A stretch of 60,532 nt of DNA, counting the filler, from Dugesia japonica (lineage: Eukaryota): assembly GCA_001938525.1 (NCBI GenBank). It is 5 parts of 5 records of this genome, joined end to end, with 100 filler letters (N's around TTAATTAATTAA, not from the genome) between each part and the next. Parts side by side here need not be neighbours in the genome. Positions count along the whole stretch, not along the records: positions 1 to 14,775 come from MQRL01272380.1; positions 14,876 to 23,719 come from MQRL01644969.1; positions 23,820 to 38,013 come from MQRL01639581.1; 2 more parts are not named here. The stretch is one strand, 5' to 3'. This document shows, in pieces, positions 13,560 to 25,602 of the stretch; within the stretch, counting starts at the first letter, position 1; every line of letters begins with the position of its first letter. The notes under the pieces were generated by a model that saw only the letters and a list, made by a program, of their open reading frames with translations, did not search any database and was not told the DNA's origin. Made by a program: the position numbers and the translations under genes.

Positions 13560-14595
13560 TTAAAAACACACTAAAAATCACGTGCATAGGAATATTTTAT
13601 TAATAAATGCAGTAGGTATGCAACTTATATGCAACCCTCATACATTAAAAATCACATGACTGGGAATTTTTATTGATTTTATCAATAAATGAAATCGATA
13701 TACAACTCACATGCAACTCATTTGCAACATACACTTTTAGACTGCCCAATTCCTTGCAAAATATCAAGACTACCCCATACAATGCTAAACTAGAGCGTGA
13801 CTCATGCAAAATATAGAAACTGCCCCATGCAAATCATAGAGACTTGTCCATGTAAAGTTTCAAGACTGATTCATAACATGCTAAATATAGAGACTATTCC
13901 ATGCAAATTATCAAGACTGCTCTATCTCATACATAATTATAAAGTCTGCTCAAAAAAAATTAAATTTTCCATACCCACCTAACAGAGAAATTTCAAAGAA
14001 ATCTTAGAAAATTCCATAATTAATTGTCTTTCCAGACAAACCTCTGTCCCCCGCTTAAAATTTTTTTAACACACTTATACTACTTACAAAAATCAATTAA
14101 TCAAATTAAAGCACTAAAAATTATAAATTAAGTCATAATCGACATCAAAATTTTCTCAATCACATTTCCTCTCAAACAACACATCTACCAAGAAAATCCA
14201 CCAAGCACATACAAACCTACAGCCTCCGAAAAACACCTTAGGATAACTCATGTCCCGTGCGCTACTACACTTCTAGGACAAACCATCCATCCAACCGCAT
14301 AAGTCCTTTTGACAATATATAGAACAAAGTTATGTCCAACAACAACCAAATCTTAAAAACGTCAAAAAAATTATTTCCAAGATCTCCAGCTCTACCTCGA
14401 GTCCAAATTCCTTCTTTCACACATAGACACCCAGGATCAAAAAATATGATTCAATTAAAAAAATTTTCATTCCAACAATCTTAGAAAAAAAACCAGGACA
14501 ATCATAATTTGTTTCCGAGCCCCACCGGGGGAGGGGGGTCCCTTCCATATTATCCCCATTTTCCAAGTGGCGCCATGCGCTACTATCCTCCTTCT
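13560..14595 (-). repeat. Right TIR of the Polinton, with a right-specific block at 13740-14170 carrying agactgcccatgcaaa-type subrepeats
   Basis: Reverse-complement match to 5038-5870. Confidence 0.85.
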
Positions 14596-14775
14596 AAGAC
14601 GGAATAAAAATTAAAATTTTCTCTGCAAAAGTAAATAATGTAGTCAACCCTCGTCAATGCGGACAATACAGCAATCTAACTAAACATCAAACAAGTTGAA
14701 TAAAAAAAGAAACAAGAAGATGAATGATTAGATAAAAAATATATCATTAGAAAGAAAACGAGAAAAGGACAGCTA

Positions 14776-14875
14776 NNNNNNNNNNNNNNNNNNNNNNNNN
14801 NNNNNNNNNNNNNNNNNNNTTAATTAATTAANNNNNNNNNNNNNNNNNNNNNNNNNNNNNNNNNNNNNNNNNNNN
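14776..14875. other. Artificial scaffold/contig join (N44-TTAATTAATTAA-N44)
   Basis: Identical 100-bp structure at 23720-23819, 38014-38113 and 48921-49020. The linker gives stops in all six frames. Confidence 0.95.
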
Positions 14876-14899
14876 ACTTCAATTGCATTTGCTTCTCTT

Positions 14900-16009
14900 A
14901 TATTGGGACTAAATGATACTTCTTTCTTTGAACTATTTCTAGAATCATTTGATGAACTTCTACATACTCTTGCTATATGACCCTATTTATTGCAGTTATA
15001 ACATTTTATTTGTCCTCTTTTATTCAATTTATCTCTACCCTCATTTGAAAAGTATGGGCTTGGACTTCTTCTATTGTCATATCTCTTTGGACTATATCNN
15101 NNNNNNNNNNNNNNNNNNNNNNNNNNNNNNNNNNNNNNNNNNNNNNNNNNNNNNNNNNNNNNNNNNNNNNNNNNNNNNNNNNNNNNNNNNNNNNNNNNNN
15201 NNNNNNGACTCGAATTTCTATTATAATTATTATAATTGTTGTAATTGTTATAATTTCTTCCAGGGCTTGAATTTCTATTATTATTATAATTTCTCCCTGG
15301 ACTTGAATTCCTGTTATAATTATTGTAGTTTCTTTGTTAGTAATCAGTCTTGAATTTTATACTTTGATCTTTTCTAGTATCTTGTTTATTTTATATGCTT
15401 TCCTCATCTCGTCCCATGATGATTCTTCATTACCTGTTTCAGTCGCATATATTTGCCTAGTTTTCTCTTTGTGTTTAGTATTCGCCTCTATTCGCCTTGC
15501 TTTTGTCGTTACTTCTTCTAAATTTTTATACTCTGCTGCAATTAAAGCATCTCGAATATGTTTATGTGTCCCATTTAAAAATTGAANNNNNNNNNNNNNN
15601 NNNNNNNNNNNNNNNNNNNNNNNNNNNNNNNNNNNNNNNNNNNNNNNNNNNNNNNNNNNNNNNNNNNNNNNNNNNNNNNNNNNNNNNNNNNNNNNNNNNN
15701 NNNNNNNNNNNNNNNNNNNNNNNNNNNNNNNNNNNNNNNNNNNNNNNNNNNNNNNNNNNNNNNNNNNNNNNNNNNNNNNNNNNNNNNNNNNNNNNNNNNN
15801 NNNNNNNNNNNNNNNNNNNNNNNNNNNNNNNNNNNNNNNNNNNNTAATCTCTTTATTAACTCTGCCTCTGTCCACCCACAAGCTGTGGCACAAACTAGCA
15901 TATGTTCAAAATATTCGTCAAACTCTTCAGGTTTTCCTGCATAGAACTGAATAGGTAATATATTTAGATTACACCGTTGATTAAATCCACCTCCTACTTG
16001 ATTATTCAT
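14900..16009 (-). pseudogene. Gypsy/Ty3 gag (capsid) region, gapped
   Basis: LPIQFYAGKPEEFDEYFEHMLVCATACGWTEAELIKRL and QFLNGTHKHIRDALIAAEYKNLEEVTTKARRIEA (major-homology-like region), downstream of a primer-binding site and LTR on the same strand. Confidence 0.75.
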
Positions 16010-16464
16010 TGGTACATTTCCAAACGGTACATTCTCATCATTTTTATNNNNNNNNNNNNNNNNNNNNNNNNNNNNNNNNNNNNNNNNNNNNNNNNNNTTG
16101 TTTTGCTTTTTGAATTTTTAGTTGATTTCCAAAACTTTTACACTCCTTTGAACTTTGCTGGATTTTTCGGGTGTGTCCAAAATGTTTCCATTACAACAGT
16201 TTGATACAAAGTTTAGATAAATACGTGACAATAACTCTAATTTACCCATTGTTTATAAAAAATTTGCTAATACTGATTGAATTTTCTTTTAAAGCAACAT
16301 ATAAAAGCACTTTAAAAGATCTCCCTTTAAAGTTCTATATGAGCGAAAAGAGCTGTTACACGAATTGTTGAGAAATGAATCCGCTAATCATAAACAAATA
16401 GCTAATTAAACAGAAGTAGAACTAAAACGAGTTGTTGAGGAATAGAGATAACACGAATCAGATA

Positions 16465-16580
16465 CAAAAGATCAAAAGCAATTTGCAGTTGGGGAAAAGG
16501 TTCTAGTAAAAAATGAACCTCACTTTATATTCATAAATGGGGAAACTGATATGAAGGTCCATATATGATTATTAAATTAT
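16465..16580 (+). pseudogene. Gypsy integrase C-terminal GPY/F fragment, opposite orientation to the gag
   Basis: QKQFAVGEKVLVKNEP...YEGPYMIIK. Confidence 0.55.
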
Positions 16581-16604
16581 ATACTGTATTCTCTTCAATG
16601 ATTA

Positions 16605-16770
16605 TTCCTTCGGTATCTTTTCAACTGGTATACTAATTAAACAAATTCTTCGGTATCGTTTCAACCGGTACACTTAACAAACATTTTCTTCGGTTTCGTT
16701 TCAACCGGTACACTTAATCAAACAATTTCATCGGTTTCGTTTCAACCGGTACACATAATCAAACAATAAA
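16605..16770. repeat. Tandem repeat, about 4 x 40 bp, in the Gypsy 5' leader
   Basis: Unit ttcttcggtttcgtttcaaccggtacacttaatcaaacaa repeated head-to-tail without spacers. Confidence 0.9.
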
Positions 16771-17030
16771 CTTTGAGTCACTCTTAACTTTTATTATTTT
16801 AACGGAACTGATTTTATATTATCAGAACTTTGGTAAGAGATTGCGGCAGGAATTCAATCCAAATCTAATACCAAACTTAAGATAATTAAATTAATCAACT
16901 TGGATAAGAGATTGTAGTAGGATTTTCTCCAATATATGATATCAAACTGACTAATACACGGTATATTTTAATAAACGTCTGAACGCCCGATTGATTTTAA
17001 ACTGATTTTAATAATTTTATTAGTTTTATT

Positions 17031-17047
17031 CCCGGTTCGCGGCACCA
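17031..17047 (-). promoter_or_regulatory. Primer-binding site (PBS) of the Gypsy element
   Basis: - strand TGGTGCCGCGAACCGGG lies 4 nt after an LTR-type end (...TTCAACA, TGTTGAA on + at 17052). Resembles a tRNA-Phe/His 3' complement. Confidence 0.7.
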
Positions 17048-17051
17048 AATT

Positions 17052-17541
17052 TGTTGAATATTATAACTCAACAAAAGATTTTATGGTTCGTTTAAAATAT
17101 AATTAAGATTTTATGGGTGTTAAATTCTTTATCTTTATGTGTCTGTTTATACTATATTATATAAGCAATATATGACACGATAAATAGACTGATATAGTGT
17201 GTTATCCTATATAAATAAATAAAATAAACCTTTTAGAATACTTTTATTAGTTTTGATGTATAACAGATAAATACACTGAGTATAACTTTAAACTTAGAGA
17301 GCTAAATTTAATTATCTGAAGTACTGCCTCACTTAGAGTTCGGAGCCTTCAATAATTGAATTGTCTCATTTACATTAAAAACGAATCAGTATTTATACTG
17401 ATTTACATATGTAGGCTACACGCATATTAAAATAGACAGTTTAAACAAACTAAAAATAAAATTATTATTCACCACATAAAATTTTGCAAAAAATAAAAAT
17501 AAAAATAAAAATTAATCATAATTAAAATTAAATGTTTTAAA
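17052..17541 (-). mobile_element. 5' LTR (partial, runs into gap) of the Gypsy element
   Basis: Ends in CA on the - strand directly before the PBS; the far end is lost in an N gap. Confidence 0.55.
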
Positions 17542-17959
17542 ATAAAAATAATTCAAAATAANNNNNNNNNNNNNNNNNNNNNNNNNNNNNNNNNNNNNNN
17601 NNNNNNNNNNNNNNNNNNNNNNNNNNNNNNNNNNNNNNNNNNNNNNNTCAGGATAACAATCAAAATCAGTTCGATAAAAGTTCAATTTGATTCAATTTGT
17701 GGTGGGCTCAATCCCAACACCGACAATTTAAGGCGTTGTCACAGTATAATGCGTCGATTGCTGGTAGAGAGACACCTTAAGTGCCAGGCCGAACGTAAAC
17801 TTTTGAGACATCTCGCACAGCGCAACCAGTTAATAAAAAAGCTAGATCTAATCATCAAGAAACAGAGCGATCTAGCAGTTTTAACAAAAACCTAGAAGAC
17901 CAGTTAAACAACTACTTCTGAGAAACATAGATTTCCTCAAACAATATATCTCTGACCTA

Positions 17960-18332
17960 TCGCGTCAACTAGGGAATCCGACGTGGATCCAATGGGACGA
18001 TAGCTATGACCAAGCATCTTTTGAATTTTTTGGTTACCGATCCGGCACAGGTGTTAGACCCTGACGCTCTGGATGAGTTGTAATTATTATAAATAAAATA
18101 TAATTTAATATTAATGTTTGATTGACTTCTTGGTGAGTATAGTAAGGGAAATAATGAACCCAAAACAAAGATGTACGAGTGAGAACCTCCCGTAAAGGTT
18201 GAAGGTCAACCGCTCTGCATCGAAGATCTAACTTAGAAGCGTAAGATTAAATTCTTGAAAGGGATCCCCTGAGAGCCGTTTTTCCCCGACCAGTTTTTCC
18301 GTTTTATCATCAACTCAGGTGGAATCCCAACA
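17960..18332 (+). mobile_element. LTR 3' end fragment related to 25603-27186
   Basis: gaacccaaa...cgagt...gtcaac...cgaagatct...agattaaattctt...gaatcccaaca parallels 27015-27186 and ends in CA. Confidence 0.5.
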
Positions 18333-18539
18333 CTATTAATAATTTAATTTTTACTCTAAGAATGATTTTATTTATTTGCCATTTGAACATAAAAATTACC
18401 TGAAAATATTTTTTAATGAAAATTAAATTTGAATTAAATTATTAAGAAATATTATTTCAACAAAATTGAGTGTTTAAATAATCACTATTTTCTAACTTCT
18501 CCATCCATCGAAATTAATAACTCGTTTAAGAGTAAGTAG

Positions 18540-18622
18540 TTGTGTGCGCACCAGATCACTACGAGTTATCGATCACCATCCTGGAGGGCTCGATAACTCA
18601 TAGTTATCTGATGCTCTCATAT
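18540..18622. repeat. Hairpin/inverted repeat with ~27-bp arms, probably a MITE core
   Basis: gcgcaccagatcactacgagttatcga ... tcgataactcatagttatctgatgctc. Confidence 0.6.
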
Positions 18623-19198
18623 CCACAGAGTGATCTACTGGTTATCATGAATTTATTGATTTAAGAATTTTAAGCGGATCAAATTTTTGATCTCATCAAA
18701 AATTTGGCAGGAAATTATAAACGTTTTTCTCTTTTTATTTTTTTTCTTTCTTTTAATTTTTTTAAAATTTTTTATTCTTTTTTTATTTTTATTCTTTTTA
18801 GTTTTAATGTATTTGCATAAATCTTGTAAAACGGTATAAAATGTCATAAATGACTATGTACAAAAATGTTGCTGTTGGTTACAGTGACGAGTTATCAGAT
18901 TGTGGTTTAAATAATCTAGTGTTGCGAGTTTTAGATAGATTTCGATAATATTTGGTTTGAATAAAAGAGAGAGAGGTGACAGGTGATAGTGTTAAGTTGT
19001 AGTAATTCATAAAGTCTGAAACTTATTAGAAAATAATTCATAAATGTGGAACTTTTATAAAAATATTTAAAATAATAAATTGTTGAAATAGTTCAAATAA
19101 TTGTTAATGAACTATATTTATGTTATTTTGAATTTCAATAATATTCATGTTCATAGTTCAATAAAATGCTCTTATTGATTATTATTTATAAATAAGTA

Positions 19199-19393
19199 CA
19201 GTAAACCCTCCAACTGCGCGGTTTTTCATTGCGCGGTTTCGCAATTGCGCGGCCAAACCTTTAATACCAAAATTTCGATCTGTGCGCTAAAAATGTCGTA
19301 GCTGCGCGGTTTTTCGGTTTTTTTTTGTTTTTGTCTATCTTGATATGGACCCTGATATGGAGCGTTTACTGTTTCCAGTTGGAGGGTTTACTG
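19199..19393. mobile_element. Pogo/Tigger-type MITE with TA target-site duplication
   Basis: TA|CAGTAAACCCTCCAACTG ... CAGTTGGAGGGTTTACTG|TA, a perfect 18-bp TIR; internal tgcgcgg subrepeats. Confidence 0.9.
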
Positions 19394-21319
19394 TAATGAT
19401 AAAATATAGAAAAATATTAAATGAGATCAATTCAATGTGGATACTATTTGTTGGTTATATTTTTTGTTATTAAGAAACGATTTGTTTGGATTTAATAAAA
19501 TGATTGGTAAAAAATTATTTCTGTGTTTTTTAATATTATTTAATGTTGAGATGAATTCAGGATTATTGTGAACCCAAATCAACAATTGCGTGATTTTAAT
19601 GAAATACCAAATAATCCAAGTAATTATATATTGCACTTGTATGTTTTCCTATATAACCTTAAATATTATTATTATAGATAATAAATATTATTATAGTTAA
19701 ACTATCTAGTCGACCTTATATAACAATGAAAAAGAATTTTTCTTTTAGAAAAATATAATTGTATTACAATATTTCTTTCCAAATTAGTCTGCGTTAAAAA
19801 TTTGATCACTGAGTGTTGATTCAAGTAGATCTTGACTCTATTTGTGATTTTCAAAAAGGGGCGCAAAACTAAAATTTGCGTACATATTTATATTAAACAG
19901 GCCACTCGGTCATTACATGTAAATTAAAAATAAAATCAAATATTTATAAAAATTTTCTAAAATAAAACGGATATTTACAAAAGATTTTCTAATATTTATA
20001 TAAATTACATAAATATTACCTTTTATTAATAAAATTCGATCAATAATTTCATTATTAACAAAATCCGATAAACAGGATATGAAGATACAGTTGAAATATC
20101 ATTACATTAATAGAAATAAAATAATACATAATAATTAAAAAAGGTAAAATAATGTTAATAAAACATAAAATTGTCAAAAGAATTGTCCAATCAGATGATA
20201 CATAAAATTGATTATTCAACAATGTACAATTGTCATAATCAAAACACAAGTGAGGTTGTTAAAATAAAACTTATCACACGCAAATGTAACAAATAAAACT
20301 GATCGTAGAAATTGAATTTTAATTGAGGGATACGGATTTAGGTTTGACTGACTAAGTAGTATTGTTTTGAATGTTTGTAGTTTTTTGTGCATGTTTGTGT
20401 ATTTGGGAGCACATTTAAATACTTGTATTGTTTTGAATGTTTGTTGTGCATGTTTGTGTATTTATGTATTGCCCAACATTATCTCTAATTAGACAACAAT
20501 ATTTACAATTAAGTTTATTTTAGTTTTATATAAAAGTTTTTATGAAATTAAAATATTTTTATTTTTTAACTGTTAAATCATATTAACAATTTAAATTTAA
20601 GAAATACAAAATTTTAACATAAAATTGCGGTTATTTTTAGTAAGTGATCAATGCCGCTCGTCGGTTTTAAACAGTATGCTTGGTTGTTAGTTTTTTAAAG
20701 GGGAACTCCTTAATAAATTTTATTTAAAACATAGAATTAATAAATTAAATATATTCACGTCTAAAAAATTAAGAGGGCTTGAAAATCCAGCTCCACAGTA
20801 TATAATTGATATTTTTCAACAAAAAAATACTGATACATGGACACAATTTAATTATGCAAATTACAAATTAAATGGTTATAAAGATTATATCAATTATTTA
20901 GATAATTAAGTTTATGACCGAGAAGAAACTGAACTAGACGATGTTCACATTTTGTCGATATTTACTTTTAAAAAAATCTTTGAAAAAAATAAATATTATA
21001 AGCTTAAAAAATGAGTAATACATTTTACTAACAAAAATCTAAACTTAACTTAAACTACAACAAAGAATTCAAACACGACATAAAGAAAAATATATATTAA
21101 AAATCTCTCCAACATCCGGTTCTATTTCTAACTTAAATAAATCTAGAGGCAATCCTTTTCAATCATTACTATTAGTTAAATTCAAAACTTCACAACTCTC
21201 CATCACTTGTATTTATGATTACAACTGTATTTAATTAAAATAAAATTTAAATCAAGAATAATTCATAGTATTCAAACACATAATCTGAAAAAATTTTCAA
21301 TAAAATAATAAATATTCTT

Positions 21320-21860
21320 ATAATTACAATTATTGTGGGAATAATTGTTGGACTTAATCATTGATCGCATTTGAGATTTCATTAAAATAAAGAAAAGCTT
21401 CTATCAAAATAAAATGTATTTGTAAAAAGTTTCAAATTTTCGACAATAGTCTTCTTCAGAAACATGATCAAGACTTCTAGATTGATTCAAAACAATAGAT
21501 CTTTGTTACACAATTCTTTAGATTTTATCAGATTTTTATTGGTTTATTTTAATTATGAATTTTAATCTTATTTTTAAATTAGCTCTTAAAAATTTTACAA
21601 AAAAAAGAAAAAAAATTGTAAAATTTTTAAGAGCTTATAATTATATTATAAATTATACATTGTATTATTATTTTACAATTGCAATTATGGCGAGAATGAT
21701 AGTTGGACATAAACATTGATCGTTTTATAGAATTCATTTAATATAAAAGCTTTGATAAAAAAGTCAATTCCTGACAAAGACAAGGTCTAAATATCATATT
21801 GTTATACAATATCGATAAAAAAAACCAAAATTTTGATCAAAGGTTTTATATTAAATGAAT
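21320..21860. mobile_element. Two further copies of the foldback/MITE family seen at 3412-3752
   Basis: taattacaattattgtgggaataattgttggacttaatcattgatcg at 21320 and a variant at 21672. Confidence 0.65.
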
Positions 21861-24800
21861 TGTATTATTATTATTTAAATTAATTTAATTAATTAATAAA
21901 TTAAGTGTATACCTAATAATAATAAACAGAGATATAGTTAAAACAATAAATACCAATAAAAAGCTACCATATGCCATTACATGTAGTAAATATAAGGAAG
22001 AGTTAAATATATGAACTGAAGTTGCACAATCATTGAAAATGACAAACAATTCCGCATAAATTCAATATTAAATTAAATAAGAAAGTTAAATGCAACAATG
22101 ATATAAACTATGACAATAAGGCTGTGCAACAAGTTTAGAGTTAAATAAAGTCACTGTAATAAAACTCGAAAATATTCACTTGCTTTAGTCATTTATTTTA
22201 ATTGTTAGAAAATAGTTTTGTAATAAAATAGATCAGATAGATGAAATTTCATTTTTGGTTTATTAAATTTAATTTTTTATCAAATTTAATTGGTAAATAC
22301 TTTAAATTTAAGTATTGTTTGTTTATAAATATTTTTAAAAAATCTTTTCAAAAATTAGAATAGTCATTATTTGTTTAATTAATTGTATTTAATAATTAGC
22401 CATTTGTNNNNNNNNNNNNNNNNNNNNNNNNNNNNNNNNNNNNNNNNNNNNNNNNNNNNNNNNNNNNNNNNNNNNNNNNNNNNCGAATGTCTGATTCGAG
22501 TTTTTTAGAGTATCTTTTTGAAACTCATAATTCACAATTGAATAAGCCTCTGATTTTTGTCGTTATGTCATTCTATGGTTTTAGATAGAAAAGTGAAGTT
22601 AAAAACTGGTTAAGCTATATTACCAGATAATTGTAATCAAACTGACCCAATTCGACTTGTTTATTAATGTGAAGATGGAACAGAATAAAATGTAAGAATC
22701 TTAGTGAAAGTTATTTAGAAATTAATTTCGTTCTAATTGAATTTTGTTTAATTTGTATAAATAGTGAATATGAATTAAATGTCAACGAAGTGTTTAATAT
22801 TTTAACTTATTATTTATGGTTTCTTAATTTGAACATAAACAAAAATTCATCGATAGAATGAATACGGAGGTGAAACAAATTCATACATACTTTTACCTGG
22901 TTCGATAATCGTCAATAAATAGGAGATTGCATATCTTACCATCGAATGTACTGCATCATTTTATTATTTCAACTATGATAAAACACTAAATTGCAACGAA
23001 GAAAATAAACATTCATGTTGAAAAGCTATGAAAAATACTATTAATTCATTAAAATCAAAAATAAAGATACTTTCATATTGTATTCTATTTTACATTTATA
23101 TAAAAAACTAATATGAAAATTTTTTTAAAAGGATTTCACTAAAATACGGCAAGCAGTGTGGATTTTGTCACTCAATTAAAGTTTTATTAGCATTTGAGAA
23201 TGCAGTATTTCTATTATGTTTTCCGGCCAGTTTTTATGACAGCAAACACATTTGTTTGAAATTATTTAAACAAAATTATTATGTAAAAAATTGCATTAAA
23301 GCAAACATTTATTTAAATTCCAATAAAAAGTTTTGCACTTATTCGTGCTGTGCAGTTATCTGTTCTGTGTACAAATTATCACAATTTAAAAGAAATAAGA
23401 AAAATATATTGCGGAAATAACTCGATAGAGACGATCTAACTTGTAAAATATTCAAACATGAGGTTATAAATATAAGCGTTAATGAAGATGAAGATTTTGT
23501 TGATCCAGTTTGTGATTCAGTTAATGATCCGATTGTTGATTTAGTTCGTAATTCCGAGGTTCTTGTTAAAGCGTCGGGTATTTCTACTCAATAAAAGATT
23601 TTACAGTTTGGATTTGAAACTATAATTGGTAGAAACGATCTAGTTATTTGACGGTTGTTAATGATGCAGAATTTTTCCTTGTTTGATAATAGTTGTGTAG
23701 CTGCTCTATTATGTAATTGNNNNNNNNNNNNNNNNNNNNNNNNNNNNNNNNNNNNNNNNNNNNTTAATTAATTAANNNNNNNNNNNNNNNNNNNNNNNNN
23801 NNNNNNNNNNNNNNNNNNNTTAAATAATTAAGTTAATTAAATTTTACCCTTTAAAATTATCACAAAAACTGTATATTTTTTACCAAGTGCAGAAACAATA
23901 AATAACAAATTTTATAAATCTTTTATTATATTGCAGAAATTCTAATTTAAAAATCATTCAATAATTAATTCAAAATACTCCCATGACATTTCATTATTGC
24001 TGTACTCGTGTTTTTCATTTTTATTATATTGGTATTTCTTGCTCGATTGATTCTCGCTATTGTTCTTGGATTCGCAATGATTGAATCGAGCCTTCTTGAT
24101 ATCAATACAATTTTCCCATAGACTTGAATTGTGATATTAATGATCAGACGAGTTCTCCAAATTCATCTAACAATTATTATATTCTTTATCTTTATTATTT
24201 GGGAATGTAACTTGTAAACTAAAAATTAAAAAAAGAATGCTTTTAATTTTCTATTTCTATTGTAAAATATTATGAAGCTTAAATGTGCTTAAGAATACTC
24301 TTGTTTAAATAATTGGAGTGTTGTATTGAATGTTTAATTTTTAAAATTGCGTGAAATCGCGAGTTATAAATTATGTGTCAAAAAAATATTCTGATTTTGT
24401 TTTTGGAAAGTCTACTGTGGATATTTTTATTGAATAGAAATTTTTAGTAATTAGTTATTAATTGCAAAGTATTTTTATTCTTTTATCGGTATTGCTATTA
24501 ATATTATCTTTCATTGGAATTACATGTGGTAAATAATTTTAATAATTGTTTACAGAATAAATAAGACTTCTTGTCATTATCCATTACAGAGTTAGTTCTG
24601 ATAAGAATATTTTAATTTTAAAAGAAGATGGTTTCCATATTAATAAATGTTAGAAAACATGGATTTATTTGGTTTTAATGTCTAAAACGTCATTTTGGGG
24701 CGTAATTCTTTTCCAAATAAAAAGAAAAATGTTCACTATTTTTAAATCAAGATACTTTAAAGGCAGCAAGAGATTCAACTACCAGATAAGAGTTAATTAT

Positions 24801-25602
24801 CAATAAAGCTAGAAAACAGTTATCTCATTATTAAAAAAGTTTCAAAAATGATGATGTTTTAAATAAAATATTTCCTTGTAAATGAGAGGTCAATTTTTTT
24901 CCATACTGCTTTATATCGTTTCCAACTTCATAAGCCTCTTGAATATTTACAACAATTGCTAATAAAGTAAATTTATCGAATTCATAATAAAATTAAATTT
25001 AACACCAAAAATAATTATTTTAATTAAAATAATAATATTCAAACAAATTTTGAAAATGGCATCATCTTAGCAGACTTTTAGTCAAAATTGCACAATCATA
25101 CAAAAATTTAGACGGCATTCAAAATTTAAATTTTATTTATGTAAAACTATTTTATTTATTTATTTAAAATTTCGCTTTTTATTTTGGTTTAATATAAATA
25201 CACATTTTATCCAAAATTTTTTAATCTTAATGTACAAATCTCACAATAATGACGATGATAATAATAATATGGCAGACTGTTTATTAATATAAAATAATAG
25301 ATATTCATTGCTAAATAAACAAAATTTTGAAAGTAAAATTGACATTTGCCCAAAATGGATGTTAAATTCACCATGTAATATAAATAAATTATCAATCTAA
25401 CTAATTATTTCAAGATTATCATTCATTTATACAGAGATGTTTCAATATTAATAAAGAAATGTTAATATTTTAACCAGTTCCAGGCCACTTACCTAGTTTC
25501 ATCAGAAACTAAACAATTATACTAAATAAAGAAAATTGATTTTATATTTCATTTTTTTTTATTATAATATGATAATAATAATAATAATATTAATAATAAT
25601 AA

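Larger units (their letters stand above)
5038..14595 (-). mobile_element. Polinton/Maverick (adintovirus-type endogenous dsDNA virus), complete boundaries, pseudogenised
   Basis: Inverted termini ggtagggggatagtag... and, reverse-complemented, agaaggaggatagtag...; 6-bp direct repeat AAGACG at 5032-5037 and 14596-14601; internal ATPase, major capsid protein, cysteine protease and pPolB remnants, all on the - strand. Confidence 0.92.

Noticed and set aside
16605-16770. CRISPR-like repeats containing gtttcaac
   Set aside because: Head-to-tail units with no unique spacers, no cas genes, and a eukaryotic LTR-element context.
20055-20249. Hydrophobic 64-aa ORF resembling a membrane-protein exon
   Set aside because: No family motif or convincing splice sites; hydrophobicity is expected from T-rich DNA.
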